This document shows positions 8,966 to 19,924 of a stretch of DNA of 64,000 nt, piece by piece; the first letter of the stretch is position 1, and every line of letters starts with the position of its first letter. Location of the stretch: NCBI GenBank assembly GCA_021298085.1, contig JAJTDE010000005.1:456-64455 (forward strand), read 5' to 3'. Under the pieces are notes generated by a model that was not told where the DNA came from, ran no database searches, and saw only the letters and a program-made list of their open reading frames with translations. This DNA comes from Rubrivivax sp. Its GTDB lineage: Bacteria; Pseudomonadota; Gammaproteobacteria; Burkholderiales; Burkholderiaceae_C. Both the position numbers and the translations under genes were made by a program.

Positions 8966-11023
8966 ATGCGTTTTCCCCGCAGTTTTGACGTGATCGTGGT
9001 GGGTGGCGGCCATGCCGGTACCGAAGCCGCGCTGGCCGCGGCGCGCATGGGTTGTTTGACGCTGCTGCTGACGCACAACATCGAGACGCTGGGCCAGATG
9101 AGCTGCAACCCCAGCATCGGTGGCATCGGCAAGGGCCACCTGGTCAAGGAGGTCGATGCGCTGGGCGGGGCGATGGCCACCGCCACCGATGAAGCCGGTA
9201 TCCAGTTCCGTATTCTCAATGGGTCCAAGGGTCCGGCGGTGCGGGCGACACGTGCGCAGGCCGACCGTGTCCTGTACAAGGCCGCCATTCGGCGACGCAT
9301 CGAGAACCAGCCAGGGTTGTGGCTGTTCCAGTCGGCCGTGGATGACCTGGTGGTCGAAGGCGGGCGCGTGGTGGCAGCGGTCACGCAGACGGGCATCCGG
9401 TTCGACACCCGCACGGTGGTGCTCACGGCGGGCACTTTCCTCGACGGTCGGGTCCACATCGGGTTGCAGAACCATTCGGCGGGCCGCGCGGGTGACGCGC
9501 CGGCGGTCGCCTTGTCGGCCCGGCTGAAGGAACTGAAGCTGCCGCAGGGCCGGCTGAAGACGGGTACGCCGCCCCGCATCGACGGGCGAAGCATCGATTA
9601 CGGCCGGCTGCAGGAGCAGCCCGGTGACCTGGACCCGGTCCCGGTGTTCAGCTTTCTGGGCCGTGCCAGTGACCACCCGCAGCAGGTGCCGTGCTGGATC
9701 ACCCACACCAGCGATAAGACCCACGAGATCATCCGCAGCGGCTTTGACCGAAGCCCGATGTTCACCGGAGTCATTGAGGGGGTGGGGCCGCGGTACTGCC
9801 CGAGCATCGAGGACAAGGTCAATCGCTTTGCCGACAAGTCCAGCCACCAGATCTTCCTCGAGCCTGAGGGCCTGAGCACCCACGAGGTCTATCCCAACGG
9901 CATCTCGACCTCCTTGCCGTTTGATGTGCAGGTGGCGGCGGTGCAGTCGATCGCCGGCCTGGAGCAGGCGCACATTCTGCGCCCGGGTTATGCCATCGAG
10001 TACGACTACTTCGACCCCCGCTCGCTGCGCGCCAGCTTTGAGACGCGCGACATCGGCGGGCTGTTCTTTGCGGGCCAGATCAACGGCACCACCGGGTATG
10101 AAGAGGCGGCGGCCCAGGGGCTGTTTGCCGGGGTGAATGCCGCGCTTCAGGTGCGGGGTGATGCCCCTTGGCTGCCAGCGCGCCATGAGGCTTACCTCGG
10201 TGTGCTGGTCGATGACCTCATCACCCGCGGCGTGACCGAGCCATACCGGATGTTCACCAGCCGCGCCGAGTACCGCCTTCAGCTGCGGGAAGACAACGCC
10301 GACTTGCGCCTGACCGAGGTGGGCCGGCGATTGGGCTTGGTGGACGATGAGCGCTGGTCGGCCTTTGCCCGCAAGCGGGATGCCATCGCGCGTGAGACCG
10401 AGCGGCTGAAGTCGGTGTGGGTTCACCCGGGCGTGCTCCCGGTGGCCGATGCCGAGCGCCTGTTGGGCAAGGCGATGGAACACGAACACAGCCTGTTGGA
10501 CCTGTTGCGGCGGCCGGGTATCGGGTACGACACCGTCGCTGAAGTGGCGGCAGTGGCGGCCGGTGCGGGGGCGCGTTCAGACGTCCCCAAGGTTTCACGT
10601 GAAACCTTGTTGGCGGAAATGGAGGGTGACCCTCTGCTGACCCAAGCCGTCATCGAGCAGGTCGAGATCGCCACACGTTATGCGGGCTACATCGACAAAC
10701 AGCAGGATGAAGTGGCCAGGGCCCAAGCCTACGAAAACCTGGTCCTGCCCGCGGACCTGGACTACACCGCCGTCAAGGCCTTGTCGTTTGAGGTGCGGCA
10801 GAAGTTGGCCCGCCACAAACCAGAGACCCTGGGGCAGGCCTCGCGCATTTCAGGGATGACGCCGGCGGCGATCTCCTTGCTGCTGGTTCACCTGAAGAAG
10901 GGCCGGCTGAAGGGCGCGCGTGCGTTGACCGAGGCCGGCAGTGCGGTGCCGGGTTTGGCGTCAACAGACAGCGAGAACCTGGCGGCCCCGGCGGCCGCCC
11001 CTGGGCAACACGATGCTGCCTGA
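8966..11023 (+). CDS. mnmG: tRNA uridine-5-carboxymethylaminomethyl(34) synthesis enzyme MnmG (GidA)
   Basis: [64 protein letters not shown]; AAGGA RBS before ATG 8966. Confidence 0.97.
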   Translation: MRFPRSFDVIVVGGGHAGTEAALAAARMGCLTLLLTHNIETLGQMSCNPSIGGIGKGHLVKEVDALGGAMATATDEAGIQFRILNGSKGPAVRATRAQADRVLYKAAIRRRIENQPGLWLFQSAVDDLVVEGGRVVAAVTQTGIRFDTRTVVLTAGTFLDGRVHIGLQNHSAGRAGDAPAVALSARLKELKLPQGRLKTGTPPRIDGRSIDYGRLQEQPGDLDPVPVFSFLGRASDHPQQVPCWITHTSDKTHEIIRSGFDRSPMFTGVIEGVGPRYCPSIEDKVNRFADKSSHQIFLEPEGLSTHEVYPNGISTSLPFDVQVAAVQSIAGLEQAHILRPGYAIEYDYFDPRSLRASFETRDIGGLFFAGQINGTTGYEEAAAQGLFAGVNAALQVRGDAPWLPARHEAYLGVLVDDLITRGVTEPYRMFTSRAEYRLQLREDNADLRLTEVGRRLGLVDDERWSAFARKRDAIARETERLKSVWVHPGVLPVADAERLLGKAMEHEHSLLDLLRRPGIGYDTVAEVAAVAAGAGARSDVPKVSRETLLAEMEGDPLLTQAVIEQVEIATRYAGYIDKQQDEVARAQAYENLVLPADLDYTAVKALSFEVRQKLARHKPETLGQASRISGMTPAAISLLLVHLKKGRLKGARALTEAGSAVPGLASTDSENLAAPAAAPGQHDAA
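10588..10609. promoter_or_regulatory. parS: parS site (ParB-binding centromere) inside mnmG
   Basis: Perfect 22-bp palindrome CAAGGTTTCACGTGAAACCTTG containing core GTTTCACGTGAAAC. Confidence 0.9.
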
Positions 11024-11750
11024 GAACGCGGCCCGACTCGACACGGCGCTTCAGCACTGGGGGCTCGAGCTGTCGTCGGAACAGCGTTCACAGCTTCAAG
11101 CCTTTCTGGACCTGCTGCTGCGCTGGAACCGGGTCTACAACCTGACAGCCATCCGCAGCCCGCAAGAGGCGTTTACTCACCACTTGCTGGACTGTCTCGC
11201 GGTGGTGCCGCCAATGGCCCGGCGTTGGCAGCAGAGGCTGGCGCCGCTGCCATCTGATCCTGCAACCACAGCATCGTCGGCGCCTTTGCAGGGCGGTGCG
11301 TCTGCGCAGGTACTCGACGTGGGCAGTGGTGGTGGGCTGCCCGGTGTGGTGCTGGCCGTTGTCTGCCCCCAGTGGCAGGTGTGTTGCGTCGACGCGGTGG
11401 CCAAGAAGGCGAGTTTTGTGCGGCAGGCCGCGGCGGAGCTGGGCTTGCCCAATCTGCGCGCAGAGCATGCACGGGTGGAGGACCTGGCGCCGCAGCCGCA
11501 ACGGGCCGGTGCCGTCGGCGGCTTCGACTGGATCACCAGCCGGGCGTTTGCGTCGTTGTCAGACTTTACGGCGCTGACGCGGCCGCTCTTGGCTCCGGGT
11601 GGGGAGTGGGTCGCGATGAAGGGGCGGCTGCCCGATGACGAGTTGGCAGCCTTGCCAACCGACGTGCAGATGTTTCACGTGGAACCTCTGGAGGTTCCGG
11701 GCCTCGACGCCCAGCGGTGCCTGGTCTGGATGCGACCCGCGTCTGCCTGA
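11013..11750 (+). CDS. rsmG: 16S rRNA (guanine(527)-N7)-methyltransferase RsmG (GidB)
   Basis: [40 protein letters not shown]; follows mnmG. Confidence 0.95.
   Translation: MLPENAARLDTALQHWGLELSSEQRSQLQAFLDLLLRWNRVYNLTAIRSPQEAFTHHLLDCLAVVPPMARRWQQRLAPLPSDPATTASSAPLQGGASAQVLDVGSGGGLPGVVLAVVCPQWQVCCVDAVAKKASFVRQAAAELGLPNLRAEHARVEDLAPQPQRAGAVGGFDWITSRAFASLSDFTALTRPLLAPGGEWVAMKGRLPDDELAALPTDVQMFHVEPLEVPGLDAQRCLVWMRPASA
11671..11686. promoter_or_regulatory. parS: Second parS site (variant) inside rsmG
   Basis: TGTTTCACGTGGAACC, near match to consensus TGTTTCACGTGAAACA; encodes MFHVEP. Confidence 0.8.
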
Positions 11751-11811
11751 CGCCGGGTGGATACCCCGTCTGCACTACAGTCCAACCGGCCGCCACGAAC
11801 CGGACACGACC

Positions 11812-12543
11812 ATGCACCCCCTCGACGCCTTTCCTTCCTTGTTGGCGGCGAAGTCCGCCTCAACGTCACGCCTGGCTGTGGGCCGGCATGTTCATGCGGT
11901 CACGACAGCCCGCCTTGGCAGGCTGGTTACCCGCACCGCCATCGGCGTGGCGGCCGCCACGCTCTGGGCCGGGGTGCCCGCATACGCCCAACAGTCCGGG
12001 ACCACTCCAACCACTGCCGGCACAGCAACTCCAGTGCCCTTGAGCGCCCTCCCTGAGCTTCAGCTTCAACCCTACCTGGGCACCTGGTACCAGGTGGCAC
12101 TCTTCCCCAACCGCTTTCAGCGACAGTGCGTCAGCGACACCACCGCCACCTACCGCCTGAAGGACAACGGACGCCTCGAAGTGCGCAACCGCTGCCGCCA
12201 GGCCGATGGCAGCCTCGACGAGGCCGTGGGTGAAGCCCGCACTGTGCGGCCGGTTGAGCAAGGTGTGGTTCGGCCTGCGCAGCTGCGCGTGAGCTTCCTG
12301 CCCAGTTGGCTGCGGTGGCTGCCGGTGGGTGAGGGCGACTATTGGGTCATCCAGCGCCCCGACGACGGACGCTATGCGGTGATCAGTGAACCCACCCGCC
12401 GCTACCTGTGGGTGCTGTCGCGCACGCCTCGGCTGTCGCCTGACGATGAATCTGCGATACGCTCCCGTCTCCAGGCACAGGGCTTTGACCTGACCGCCTG
12501 GACGGCCCACCCTCAAGGTCCTTCAGCGGCCGCCCCCCGTTGA
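11812..12543 (+). CDS. Lipocalin family protein (Blc-like), exported
   Basis: YLGTWYQVA, C...TATY, V.NRC, YWVI, YLWVLSRTP motifs; AYA signal-peptidase-like site; start uncertain. Confidence 0.88.
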   Translation: MHPLDAFPSLLAAKSASTSRLAVGRHVHAVTTARLGRLVTRTAIGVAAATLWAGVPAYAQQSGTTPTTAGTATPVPLSALPELQLQPYLGTWYQVALFPNRFQRQCVSDTTATYRLKDNGRLEVRNRCRQADGSLDEAVGEARTVRPVEQGVVRPAQLRVSFLPSWLRWLPVGEGDYWVIQRPDDGRYAVISEPTRRYLWVLSRTPRLSPDDESAIRSRLQAQGFDLTAWTAHPQGPSAAAPR

Positions 12544-12670
12544 GCGCCACCACGCGTTGCCTGGCAGACCGCGGTGTTCGCCGGCAGGGCGGTGGCGCGG
12601 CGATGCGCGCTGCAGGCCCACAAGGGGAGGAGTCGGCGTCTTCGTTCAGCGACTACTCCTGGGTGCCCTG

Positions 12671-13282
12671 ATGTTCGGTATTGCCGATTACCCCGCCTTC
12701 TGCGCCGCCATCCTGCTGTTCCTGGCCTTGCCCGGGCCCGGCACCTTGGCGCTGCTGACCTCCACCGCCAAAGGGGGCATGCGGGGCGGCGCTGCCGCCA
12801 CGCTGGGCGTCATCCTGGGTGACCAGGTCCTGCTGTGGCTGGCCGTCGCCGGTGTGGCCGCCTTGCTGGCGGCGCACCCTGGTTGGCTGCAGGGCCTGCA
12901 GTGGCTGGGTGCCGCCTACCTGGCGTGGATCGGCCTGAAGCTGATGACGGCCAAGGAGGGCAGCGCGCCAGTGGTCCACATCCACGTGGGCCACTACCTG
13001 CGGCAGGCCTTCTTCATCACCCTGCTCAACCCCAAGGCCATCGTCTTCTACATGGCCTTCTTTCCGCTGTTCATCGACCCTGCACAGCACCGCGGCATGC
13101 TCACCTTTGTGGTGATGGCCGTCACCATCGCGGTGATCACGGCGGTCTACTGCTTGCTGCTGTGTGCGCTGGCCGAGCGGGTGCGTGCACAGGTCCAGGC
13201 GCATCGTCGCCTCGCCAAGGGCCTGGAGCGAGCAGCCGGCGCCTTGCTCATCGCCTTTGGCATCAAACTGGTTCAGTCATGA
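12671..13282 (+). CDS. LysE/RhtB family translocator
   Basis: LALPGPG, GAAYLAWIG, FFITLLNPKAIVF motifs; TM-rich. Confidence 0.9.
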   Translation: MFGIADYPAFCAAILLFLALPGPGTLALLTSTAKGGMRGGAAATLGVILGDQVLLWLAVAGVAALLAAHPGWLQGLQWLGAAYLAWIGLKLMTAKEGSAPVVHIHVGHYLRQAFFITLLNPKAIVFYMAFFPLFIDPAQHRGMLTFVVMAVTIAVITAVYCLLLCALAERVRAQVQAHRRLAKGLERAAGALLIAFGIKLVQS

Positions 13283-14049
13283 CGCGCATCTTCTGCATCG
13301 CCAATCAAAAGGGGGGCGTGGGCAAGACCACCACCACGGTCAACCTGGCGGCGGGCCTGTCCCGTATTGGCCAGCGGGTCCTGGTGGTCGACCTCGACCC
13401 CCAGGGCAACGCCACGATGGGGTCGGGCATCGACAAGCGAGCGCTGGACCCCAGTGTCTACGACGTGCTGCTGGAATCGGTGGGTGTCGCTGAAGCCCGC
13501 CTGCGCAGCGAAAAGGGCGGCTACGACGTGCTCGGCGCCAACCGCGAGTTGGCCGGTGCCGAGGTGGAGCTGGTGTCGCTGGAGCGGCGCAACGAGCGGT
13601 TGCGCACTGCACTGCTTCCCGTGCAGGCTGATTACGACTTTGTGCTGATCGACTGCCCGCCCTCACTCAGCCTGTTGACGCTGAACGGCCTGTGCTGCGC
13701 GCATGGTGTCATCGTGCCGATGCAGTGTGAGTACTTTGCGCTGGAGGGCCTGTCCGACCTCGTCAACACCATCAAGCAGGTCCACGCCAACCTCAACCGT
13801 GACCTGCAGCTGATCGGGCTGCTGCGGGTGATGTACGACCCCCGCATCACGCTGCAGACGCAGGTGAGCGAGCAGCTCAAGTCACACTTTGGCGACAAGG
13901 TCTTCAACAGCGTGATCCCGCGCAACGTGCGGCTGGCCGAGGCGCCCAGCTATGGCCAGCCCGGGGTGGTGTTTGACCCCAGCGCCAAGGGTGCCGTGTC
14001 GTATGTCGAGTTTGCGCATGAATTGGTGCGCCGTGTGGCCAGCTGGTGA
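13279..14049 (+). CDS. parA: Chromosome partitioning ATPase ParA
   Basis: NQKGGVGKTTT, DLDPQGNAT, IDCPPSL, QCEYFALEG, IPRNVRLAEAPS. Confidence 0.96.
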   Translation: MTRIFCIANQKGGVGKTTTTVNLAAGLSRIGQRVLVVDLDPQGNATMGSGIDKRALDPSVYDVLLESVGVAEARLRSEKGGYDVLGANRELAGAEVELVSLERRNERLRTALLPVQADYDFVLIDCPPSLSLLTLNGLCCAHGVIVPMQCEYFALEGLSDLVNTIKQVHANLNRDLQLIGLLRVMYDPRITLQTQVSEQLKSHFGDKVFNSVIPRNVRLAEAPSYGQPGVVFDPSAKGAVSYVEFAHELVRRVASW

Positions 14050-14193
14050 ACCCGGCCTGGGCATCAAAGGCTGGCCAGCCCATCCGGCCCATCGTGCGAG
14101 GCCAGTACCTCGGTTCCGCTAACGCTTGATCTCAGCGGATGATGGTGGGCGGACGCGAGGGCGGGCCCAAGGCGCCGCCGGAAGGGCGCCCCG

Positions 14194-15135
14194 TTACAGC
14201 CCCAGCCCCTCGTCGACGCCCAGGTGGATGTTCATGGCCTGAACCGCAGCGCCACTGGCGCCCTTGCCCAGGTTGTCCAGCCGGCACAGCAGCAGGACCT
14301 GGTCGTCGCTGCCGAAGACAAAGATCTCGGCGCGGTTGCTGCCGTTGCAGGCCTGCACGTCAAACTCGCCCTCGGCCAGGACGGCAGGGTCACGCAGCGG
14401 CATCACCTTGACGAATCGCTCACCGGCATAACGCTCTTCCAGCGCCGCGTGCAGGCTGGCTGCCGACGCCCGGCGGTCCAGTTGGCACAGCTGCAGCGGC
14501 ACCATCACGCCCATGCCCTGGTAGAACGGCCCCACGACCGGCACAAAGTGCGGCTTCACGGCCAGGCCGGTGTAGGCCTGCATCTCCGGCAGGTGCTTGT
14601 GCGTCAGCCCCAGCGCATAGGGCCGCGGCGACTGCAGGGCCGGCTGTCCGCCGGCCTGGTAGCGTTCGATCATCTTCTTGCCGCCGCCGGAGTAGCCCGT
14701 CAGCGACGTGCTGTGCACGGGCAGCTCGCGGGGTATCAGGCCGGCGTCGACCAGCGGGCGCAGCAGCAGGATGAAGCCGGTGGAATGGCAACCCGGGTTG
14801 GCAATGCGCTTGGCCTCACGCAGCTTCGCGCGGTGGTCGCGCGTGAGCTCGGCCAGACCGAATGTCCACCCCGGCGCCGTGCGGTGCGCCGTGCTGGCGT
14901 CGATGATGCAGGTGCTGGGGTGGGTGGCCAGCGCAGCACTTTCCTTGGCCGCCGCATCGGGCAGGCACAGGAAGACGACGTCGGCGGCGTTGATCAGGCG
15001 GGCGCGCTCGGCCGGGTCCTTGCGGCGCTCGGGGTCGATGCGCAGGACTTCCACGTCGCGGCGCTCCGCCAGCACTTCGTGGATGCGCAGCCCGGTGGTG
15101 CCGTCCTGACCATCAACAAAGACTCGTGCGCTCAT
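14194..15135 (-). CDS. argC: N-acetyl-gamma-glutamyl-phosphate reductase (type 2)
   Basis: VFVDGQDGTTGL, IDASTAHR, IANPGCHSTG, SGYS-like TGYSGGGK, LDNLGKGASGAAVQ. Confidence 0.95.
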   Translation of the reverse strand: MSARVFVDGQDGTTGLRIHEVLAERRDVEVLRIDPERRKDPAERARLINAADVVFLCLPDAAAKESAALATHPSTCIIDASTAHRTAPGWTFGLAELTRDHRAKLREAKRIANPGCHSTGFILLLRPLVDAGLIPRELPVHSTSLTGYSGGGKKMIERYQAGGQPALQSPRPYALGLTHKHLPEMQAYTGLAVKPHFVPVVGPFYQGMGVMVPLQLCQLDRRASAASLHAALEERYAGERFVKVMPLRDPAVLAEGEFDVQACNGSNRAEIFVFGSDDQVLLLCRLDNLGKGASGAAVQAMNIHLGVDEGLGL

Positions 15136-15336
15136 CAGTGTTCCTTCTGCGTGGGGAGGGGGCGCGGGTGCCGGCGTGCGGGGTTGCAGGCCCGCTCAGG
15201 CCAGCCTTGGCTCGCATGGAAGCATACGGCAAGGCGACGGTGCACGCCGCGGGCCCATCGGCAACGACAATGCGGACTTCGCCACTTGTCGCTGTGCGGG
15301 TGTTGTCACTGCGCACCGCTGACCCTCTGCGTCACC

Positions 15337-16233
15337 ATGGTCACCAAGAAACCCAAAGGTCTGGGCCTCGGGCTCGAGGCCCTGCTCGGGCCCACCGTCT
15401 CTGCCGGCACCGCCGCCAGCGGCAGTGATGCGCCGCGTGCGCTGAAGCTTGTCCACCTGCAGCCTGGCAAGTACCAGCCGCGCACCCGCATGGACGAGGG
15501 CTCGCTCTACGAGTTGGCCGAGAGCATCCGCTCGCAGGGCGTCATGCAGCCCATCCTGGTGCGGCCGGTGGGCAGTGGGCGCTACGAAATCATCGCGGGT
15601 GAGCGCCGCTTCCGTGCGGCCCGGCTCGCGGGCCTGGACGAAGTCCCGGTCCTGGTGCGTGAGGTTCCCGACGAAGCCGCCGCGGTGATGGCGCTGATCG
15701 AGAACATGCAGCGCGAGGACCTCAATCCGCTGGAAGAGGCCCAGGGGCTGCAGCGGCTGGTGGATGAGTTTGGCCTGACGCACGAACAGGCCGCGCAGGC
15801 GGTGGGCCGTTCCCGCAGCGCGGCCACCAACCTGTTGCGCCTGCTCAAGCTCGCCGCTCCCGTTCAACAGCTGCTGATGGCGGGTGACCTGGAAATGGGC
15901 CATGCCCGGGCCCTGCTGCCGCTGGACGCCGCCCGGCAGATCCTGGCAGCCCACGAGGTGGTGGCCAAGAAGCTGTCGGTGCGCGATACCGAACGGCTCG
16001 CCGCGAGGGCCGGCGTAGCCGGCGGCCCGGCGCCAGCGGCACGCGCCCCGGAGGAGAAGCCGCGCGACATCGCCCGGCTGGAAGAGCAGTTGGCCGACAA
16101 GCTGGCCGCGCCCGTCGACATCCGTCTGCAGGCTGGCAAACGAGCACCGCACAAGGGCGAGATTGCGATTCAGTTCAGCACGCTGGAAGAACTCAACGGC
16201 CTGCTCGAACGCCTGGGTGCACGCGACGCCTGA
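15337..16233 (+). CDS. parB: Chromosome partitioning protein ParB
   Basis: KGLGLGLEALL, QPR, GVMQPILVR, YEIIAGERRFRAA, ENMQREDLNPLEEA, GRSRSAATNLLRLL. Confidence 0.96.
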   Translation: MVTKKPKGLGLGLEALLGPTVSAGTAASGSDAPRALKLVHLQPGKYQPRTRMDEGSLYELAESIRSQGVMQPILVRPVGSGRYEIIAGERRFRAARLAGLDEVPVLVREVPDEAAAVMALIENMQREDLNPLEEAQGLQRLVDEFGLTHEQAAQAVGRSRSAATNLLRLLKLAAPVQQLLMAGDLEMGHARALLPLDAARQILAAHEVVAKKLSVRDTERLAARAGVAGGPAPAARAPEEKPRDIARLEEQLADKLAAPVDIRLQAGKRAPHKGEIAIQFSTLEELNGLLERLGARDA

Positions 16234-16384
16234 ACGTCTGTGTGGCCTGGGTTTCGGGCGCGGCTTGGCCGCGGCCTTGTGCGGGTATCACCGACATGCC
16301 GTCCAAGGCCGTCATGTTGCCTAACGGAATGATCAATGTTCTCCCGAGGACAATCGCCGGGCTCGGGTGCCGGCCCGGATGGAC

Positions 16385-17566
16385 TCACCCAGCCGAGGCG
16401 CTCCGGCGCTGCGACGGATGCCGCGTGAGCCACAGCAGTGCCACACACACCACGGCAATGGGCAACAACGAACCCAGATTCAGCCAGGTCCAGCCCTGGG
16501 TCGTCACCAGCGCACCCGAGGCGAATGACGTGAAGGCCATCGTGGCAAAGACGCAAGTGTCCATGGCACCCTGGGCCTTGTTCTTTTCCTCGGGGGTGTA
16601 GCTGCGCGTCAGCAAGGTGCTGGTGCCGGTATAGAGGAAGTTCCAGCCGACGCCCAGCACCAGCAGCGCGGCCAGAAACTGCATCAGCTCGACGCCCGAC
16701 AGCGCAATCAGCACGCAGACGATGTTCAGCAGCGCCCCGGCGCCCATCACCGGCAAGGCCCCCACACGCTTGATCAGGTGCCCGGTGAAGAAGCTCGGCA
16801 CAAACATGCCCAGCACATGCCACTCGAGCACCAGGGCGGCGTTCTCGAAGGGGTGCTTGCACTGCTGCATGGCCAGCGGCGTGGCGGCCATCAACAGGTT
16901 CATGACCCCATAACCGACAGCGGCACCCAGCACGGCCACGATGAAGATGGGCTGACGTGCAATCTCCGCCAACGGACGGCCTGACGATGCCCCGGGCGCT
17001 GGGGGCTGGTGTTCAGGAAAACGGATGGCGCTGAGTGCCAGCAGTGACACCGCCGACACCGCCACCAGCGCCAGGTAGGCGCCGGCAAAGGGAACGTCCA
17101 GCCAGTGGCGTGTCCACTGAGCCAGATTGGGCCCGGCAAAGGCGCCGATGATGCCGCCCGCCAGCACCCAGGACAGCGCCTTTTCCTTGTACTCTGGCTT
17201 CACCAGTTCAGGGCCGGCGAAGCGGTAGAGGCCGGCGTTGGCGTTGTAGAAGCCGGCCAGCAGGGTGCCCAGCACCAGCAGCCAGAACTGCCGGCTGCTG
17301 ACGGCATAGGCGCACAACGCTGCGGTGGCCATGGCCACCACCAGCCCCCACTGGAAGCTTCGCTTGCGGCCCTGCATGCGCTGCAGGCGTGCCACCCAGG
17401 GGGCGGCCAGTGCACCGCCCACCACATAGCCCATCACCGGCAGCGTGGCCATCCATCCGTACGGCGCCAGGGCCAGCCCGACCAAGCCGTTGATGGCGAT
17501 GAAGGTCACGTTGTGGGTCAGGAACATCCCCTGGCACAGCGACAGGAGCAGCAGGTGGCGATTCAT
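16385..17566 (-). CDS. MFS transporter
   Basis: ~12 hydrophobic segments over 393 aa; YRFAGPE, WHVLGMFVPSFFTG, GWNFLY. Confidence 0.85.
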   Translation of the reverse strand: MNRHLLLLSLCQGMFLTHNVTFIAINGLVGLALAPYGWMATLPVMGYVVGGALAAPWVARLQRMQGRKRSFQWGLVVAMATAALCAYAVSSRQFWLLVLGTLLAGFYNANAGLYRFAGPELVKPEYKEKALSWVLAGGIIGAFAGPNLAQWTRHWLDVPFAGAYLALVAVSAVSLLALSAIRFPEHQPPAPGASSGRPLAEIARQPIFIVAVLGAAVGYGVMNLLMAATPLAMQQCKHPFENAALVLEWHVLGMFVPSFFTGHLIKRVGALPVMGAGALLNIVCVLIALSGVELMQFLAALLVLGVGWNFLYTGTSTLLTRSYTPEEKNKAQGAMDTCVFATMAFTSFASGALVTTQGWTWLNLGSLLPIAVVCVALLWLTRHPSQRRSASAG

Positions 17567-17665
17567 GGGGCCGAGTGTCGCACCGCGTTACACCCAGACG
17601 TCCGGCGCCTGTCAGCCAACCGCCAGCCCGCGCGTTGAGACTGAAGCGGGCCACGAGTCGTGGCA

Positions 17666-17681
17666 AGGCATGAAGCTTGCT
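17666..17681 (+). promoter_or_regulatory. Putative sigma-54 (-24/-12) promoter for yeaG-yeaH-ycgB
   Basis: AGGCATGAAGCTTGCT: GG at 17667-8 and GC at 17679-80 with exact 10-nt spacing; matches TGGCAC-N5-TTGC. Confidence 0.7.
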
Positions 17682-18001
17682 CTCATACCGCGGGCCCGAC
17701 TCGCCGCATGAAGTGGCCGCTGTTCGCCCGTTTGATCCAAGGAACCCGACCCCCCTGAACGCGAGACGCTATGCCTGCAGCAGGGTTCACGCCAAAGGTC
17801 TACAGTCAGGTCACTGACCCGACACACACACCCGAGACAGCCCCCACACGCTCCATCACCGCCTCCGTTGGAAAGCTCTGATGGCGCCCATGGCCCGCAG
17901 TGCCCGGCACTGCGCCCAAGGACGCCATCACAACTTCCCGGCATCCGCCAGCCTCACCCGGCCGGTGGCTGCCTCACCCGCCACGTTGGAGGCCCTGCGT
18001 C

Positions 18002-19924
18002 ATGAGCGTCATCAACCACTTCGCCGCCCGCTACGAGCGCACCCGCGAAGAAGAAATCTCCCTCGAAGACTACCTGGCCGAATGCAAGCGTAACCCGCTG
18101 GCTTATGCAACGGCCGCCGAGCGCATGCTCAAGGCCATCGGCGAGCCGCAGCAGATCGACACCCGCAACGACACTCGCCTGTCGCGCATCTTCCAGAACA
18201 AGGTCATCAAGATCTACCCGGCCTTCGCCGAGTTCTACGGCATGGAGGACGCCATCGAGCAGGTCGTCAGCTACTTCCGCCATGCCGCGCAGGGACTGGA
18301 AGAAAAGAAGCAGATCCTCTACCTGCTGGGCCCGGTGGGCGGTGGCAAGAGTTCGATCGCCGAGCGGCTGAAGCAGCTGATGCAGGAAGTGCCGTTCTAT
18401 TCCATCAAGGGCAGCCCGGTCAATGAGTCGCCGTTGGGCCTGTTTGATGTCGACGAGGACGGTGCGCTGCTGGAGCAGGAGTACGGCATCCCGCGCCGCT
18501 ACCTCAACCGCATCATGAGCCCCTGGGCTGTCAAGCGCCTGGAAGAGTTTGGCGGCGACATCCGCCAGTTCAAGGTGATCAAGCGCTACCCCAGCATCCT
18601 CAAGCAGGTGGGCGTGGCCAAGACCGAGCCAGGCGACGAGAACAACCAGGACATCTCCAGCCTGGTGGGCAAGGTCGACATCCGCAAGCTCGAGACCTAC
18701 GCCCAGGACGACCCCGACGCCTACAGCTATTCCGGCGGCCTGTGCCTGGCCAACCAGGGTCTGCTGGAGTTTGTGGAAATGTTCAAGGCGCCCATCAAGG
18801 TGCTGCACCCGCTGCTGACGGCCACCCAGGAAGGCAACTTCAAGGGCACCGAAGGCTTTGGCGCCATCCCGTTTGACGGCGTGATCCTCGCGCACAGCAA
18901 CGAAAGCGAGTGGAAGGCCTTCCGCAACAACAAGAACAACGAGGCCTTCCTGGACCGCATCTACATCGTCAAGGTGCCGTACTGCCTGCGGGTGTCGGAA
19001 GAGGTCAAGATCTACGAGAAGCTGCTGCGCGGCAGTTCGCTGGCACAGGCGGTCTGCGCCCCGGGCACGCTGAAGATGATGGCGCAGTTCTCGGCCCTCA
19101 CACGCCTGAAGGAGCCGGAGAACTCGTCGCTGTACTCCAAGATGCTGGTCTACGATGGTGAGAGCCTGAAGGACACGGACCCGCGCGCCAAGAGCATCCA
19201 GGAGTACCGGGACTACGCCGGCGTTGACGAGGGCATGAGCGGCATTTCCACCCGCTTTGCCTTCAAGATCCTGTCCAAGGTCTTCAATTTCGACACCACC
19301 GAGGTGGCGGCCAACCCCGTCCACCTGATGTACGTGCTGGAGCAGCAGATCGAACGCGAGCAGTTCCCGTCGGATGTCGAACAGAAGTACCTGGGTTTCA
19401 TCAAGGAACACCTGGCCACGCGTTATGCAGAGTTCATCGGCAAGGAAATTCAGACAGCTTATCTGGAAAGTTATTCAGAGTACGGCCAGAATATTTTTGA
19501 CCGTTATGTCACCTACGCCGACTACTGGATCCAGGACCATGAATACCGCGACACCGACACCGGCGAGGTCTTCGACCGAGCGTCGCTGAACGGCGAACTC
19601 GAGAAGATCGAGAAGCCTGCGGGCATTGCCAACCCGAAGGACTTCCGCAACGAGATCGTCAACTTCGTGCTGCGGGCGCGGGCCAACAACCAGGGCAAGA
19701 ACCCGCTGTGGACCAGCTACGAGAAGCTGCGTACGGTGATCGAGAAGAAGATGTTCTCGAACACCGAGGAGCTTCTGCCGGTGATCAGCTTCAATGCCAA
19801 GGCCAGCGCCGACGAGGCCAAGAAGCACGAGGACTTTGTCACCCGCATGGTGCACAAGGGCTACACGCCCAAGCAGGTGCGCCTGCTGTGCGAGTGGTAC
19901 CTGCGTGTGCGCAAGTCCAGCTAG
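18002..19924 (+). CDS. yeaG: PrkA/YeaG family AAA+ serine protein kinase
   Basis: Walker A GPVGGGKSS, KTEPGDENNQDISSLVGK, EFVEMFKAPIK, DEGM.G.STRF; 640 aa. Confidence 0.96.
   Translation: MSVINHFAARYERTREEEISLEDYLAECKRNPLAYATAAERMLKAIGEPQQIDTRNDTRLSRIFQNKVIKIYPAFAEFYGMEDAIEQVVSYFRHAAQGLEEKKQILYLLGPVGGGKSSIAERLKQLMQEVPFYSIKGSPVNESPLGLFDVDEDGALLEQEYGIPRRYLNRIMSPWAVKRLEEFGGDIRQFKVIKRYPSILKQVGVAKTEPGDENNQDISSLVGKVDIRKLETYAQDDPDAYSYSGGLCLANQGLLEFVEMFKAPIKVLHPLLTATQEGNFKGTEGFGAIPFDGVILAHSNESEWKAFRNNKNNEAFLDRIYIVKVPYCLRVSEEVKIYEKLLRGSSLAQAVCAPGTLKMMAQFSALTRLKEPENSSLYSKMLVYDGESLKDTDPRAKSIQEYRDYAGVDEGMSGISTRFAFKILSKVFNFDTTEVAANPVHLMYVLEQQIEREQFPSDVEQKYLGFIKEHLATRYAEFIGKEIQTAYLESYSEYGQNIFDRYVTYADYWIQDHEYRDTDTGEVFDRASLNGELEKIEKPAGIANPKDFRNEIVNFVLRARANNQGKNPLWTSYEKLRTVIEKKMFSNTEELLPVISFNAKASADEAKKHEDFVTRMVHKGYTPKQVRLLCEWYLRVRKSS

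Noticed and set aside
14224-15336. 370-aa N-terminal extension of the ParB ORF
   Set aside because: It is the antisense shadow of argC; ParB homology starts at 15337
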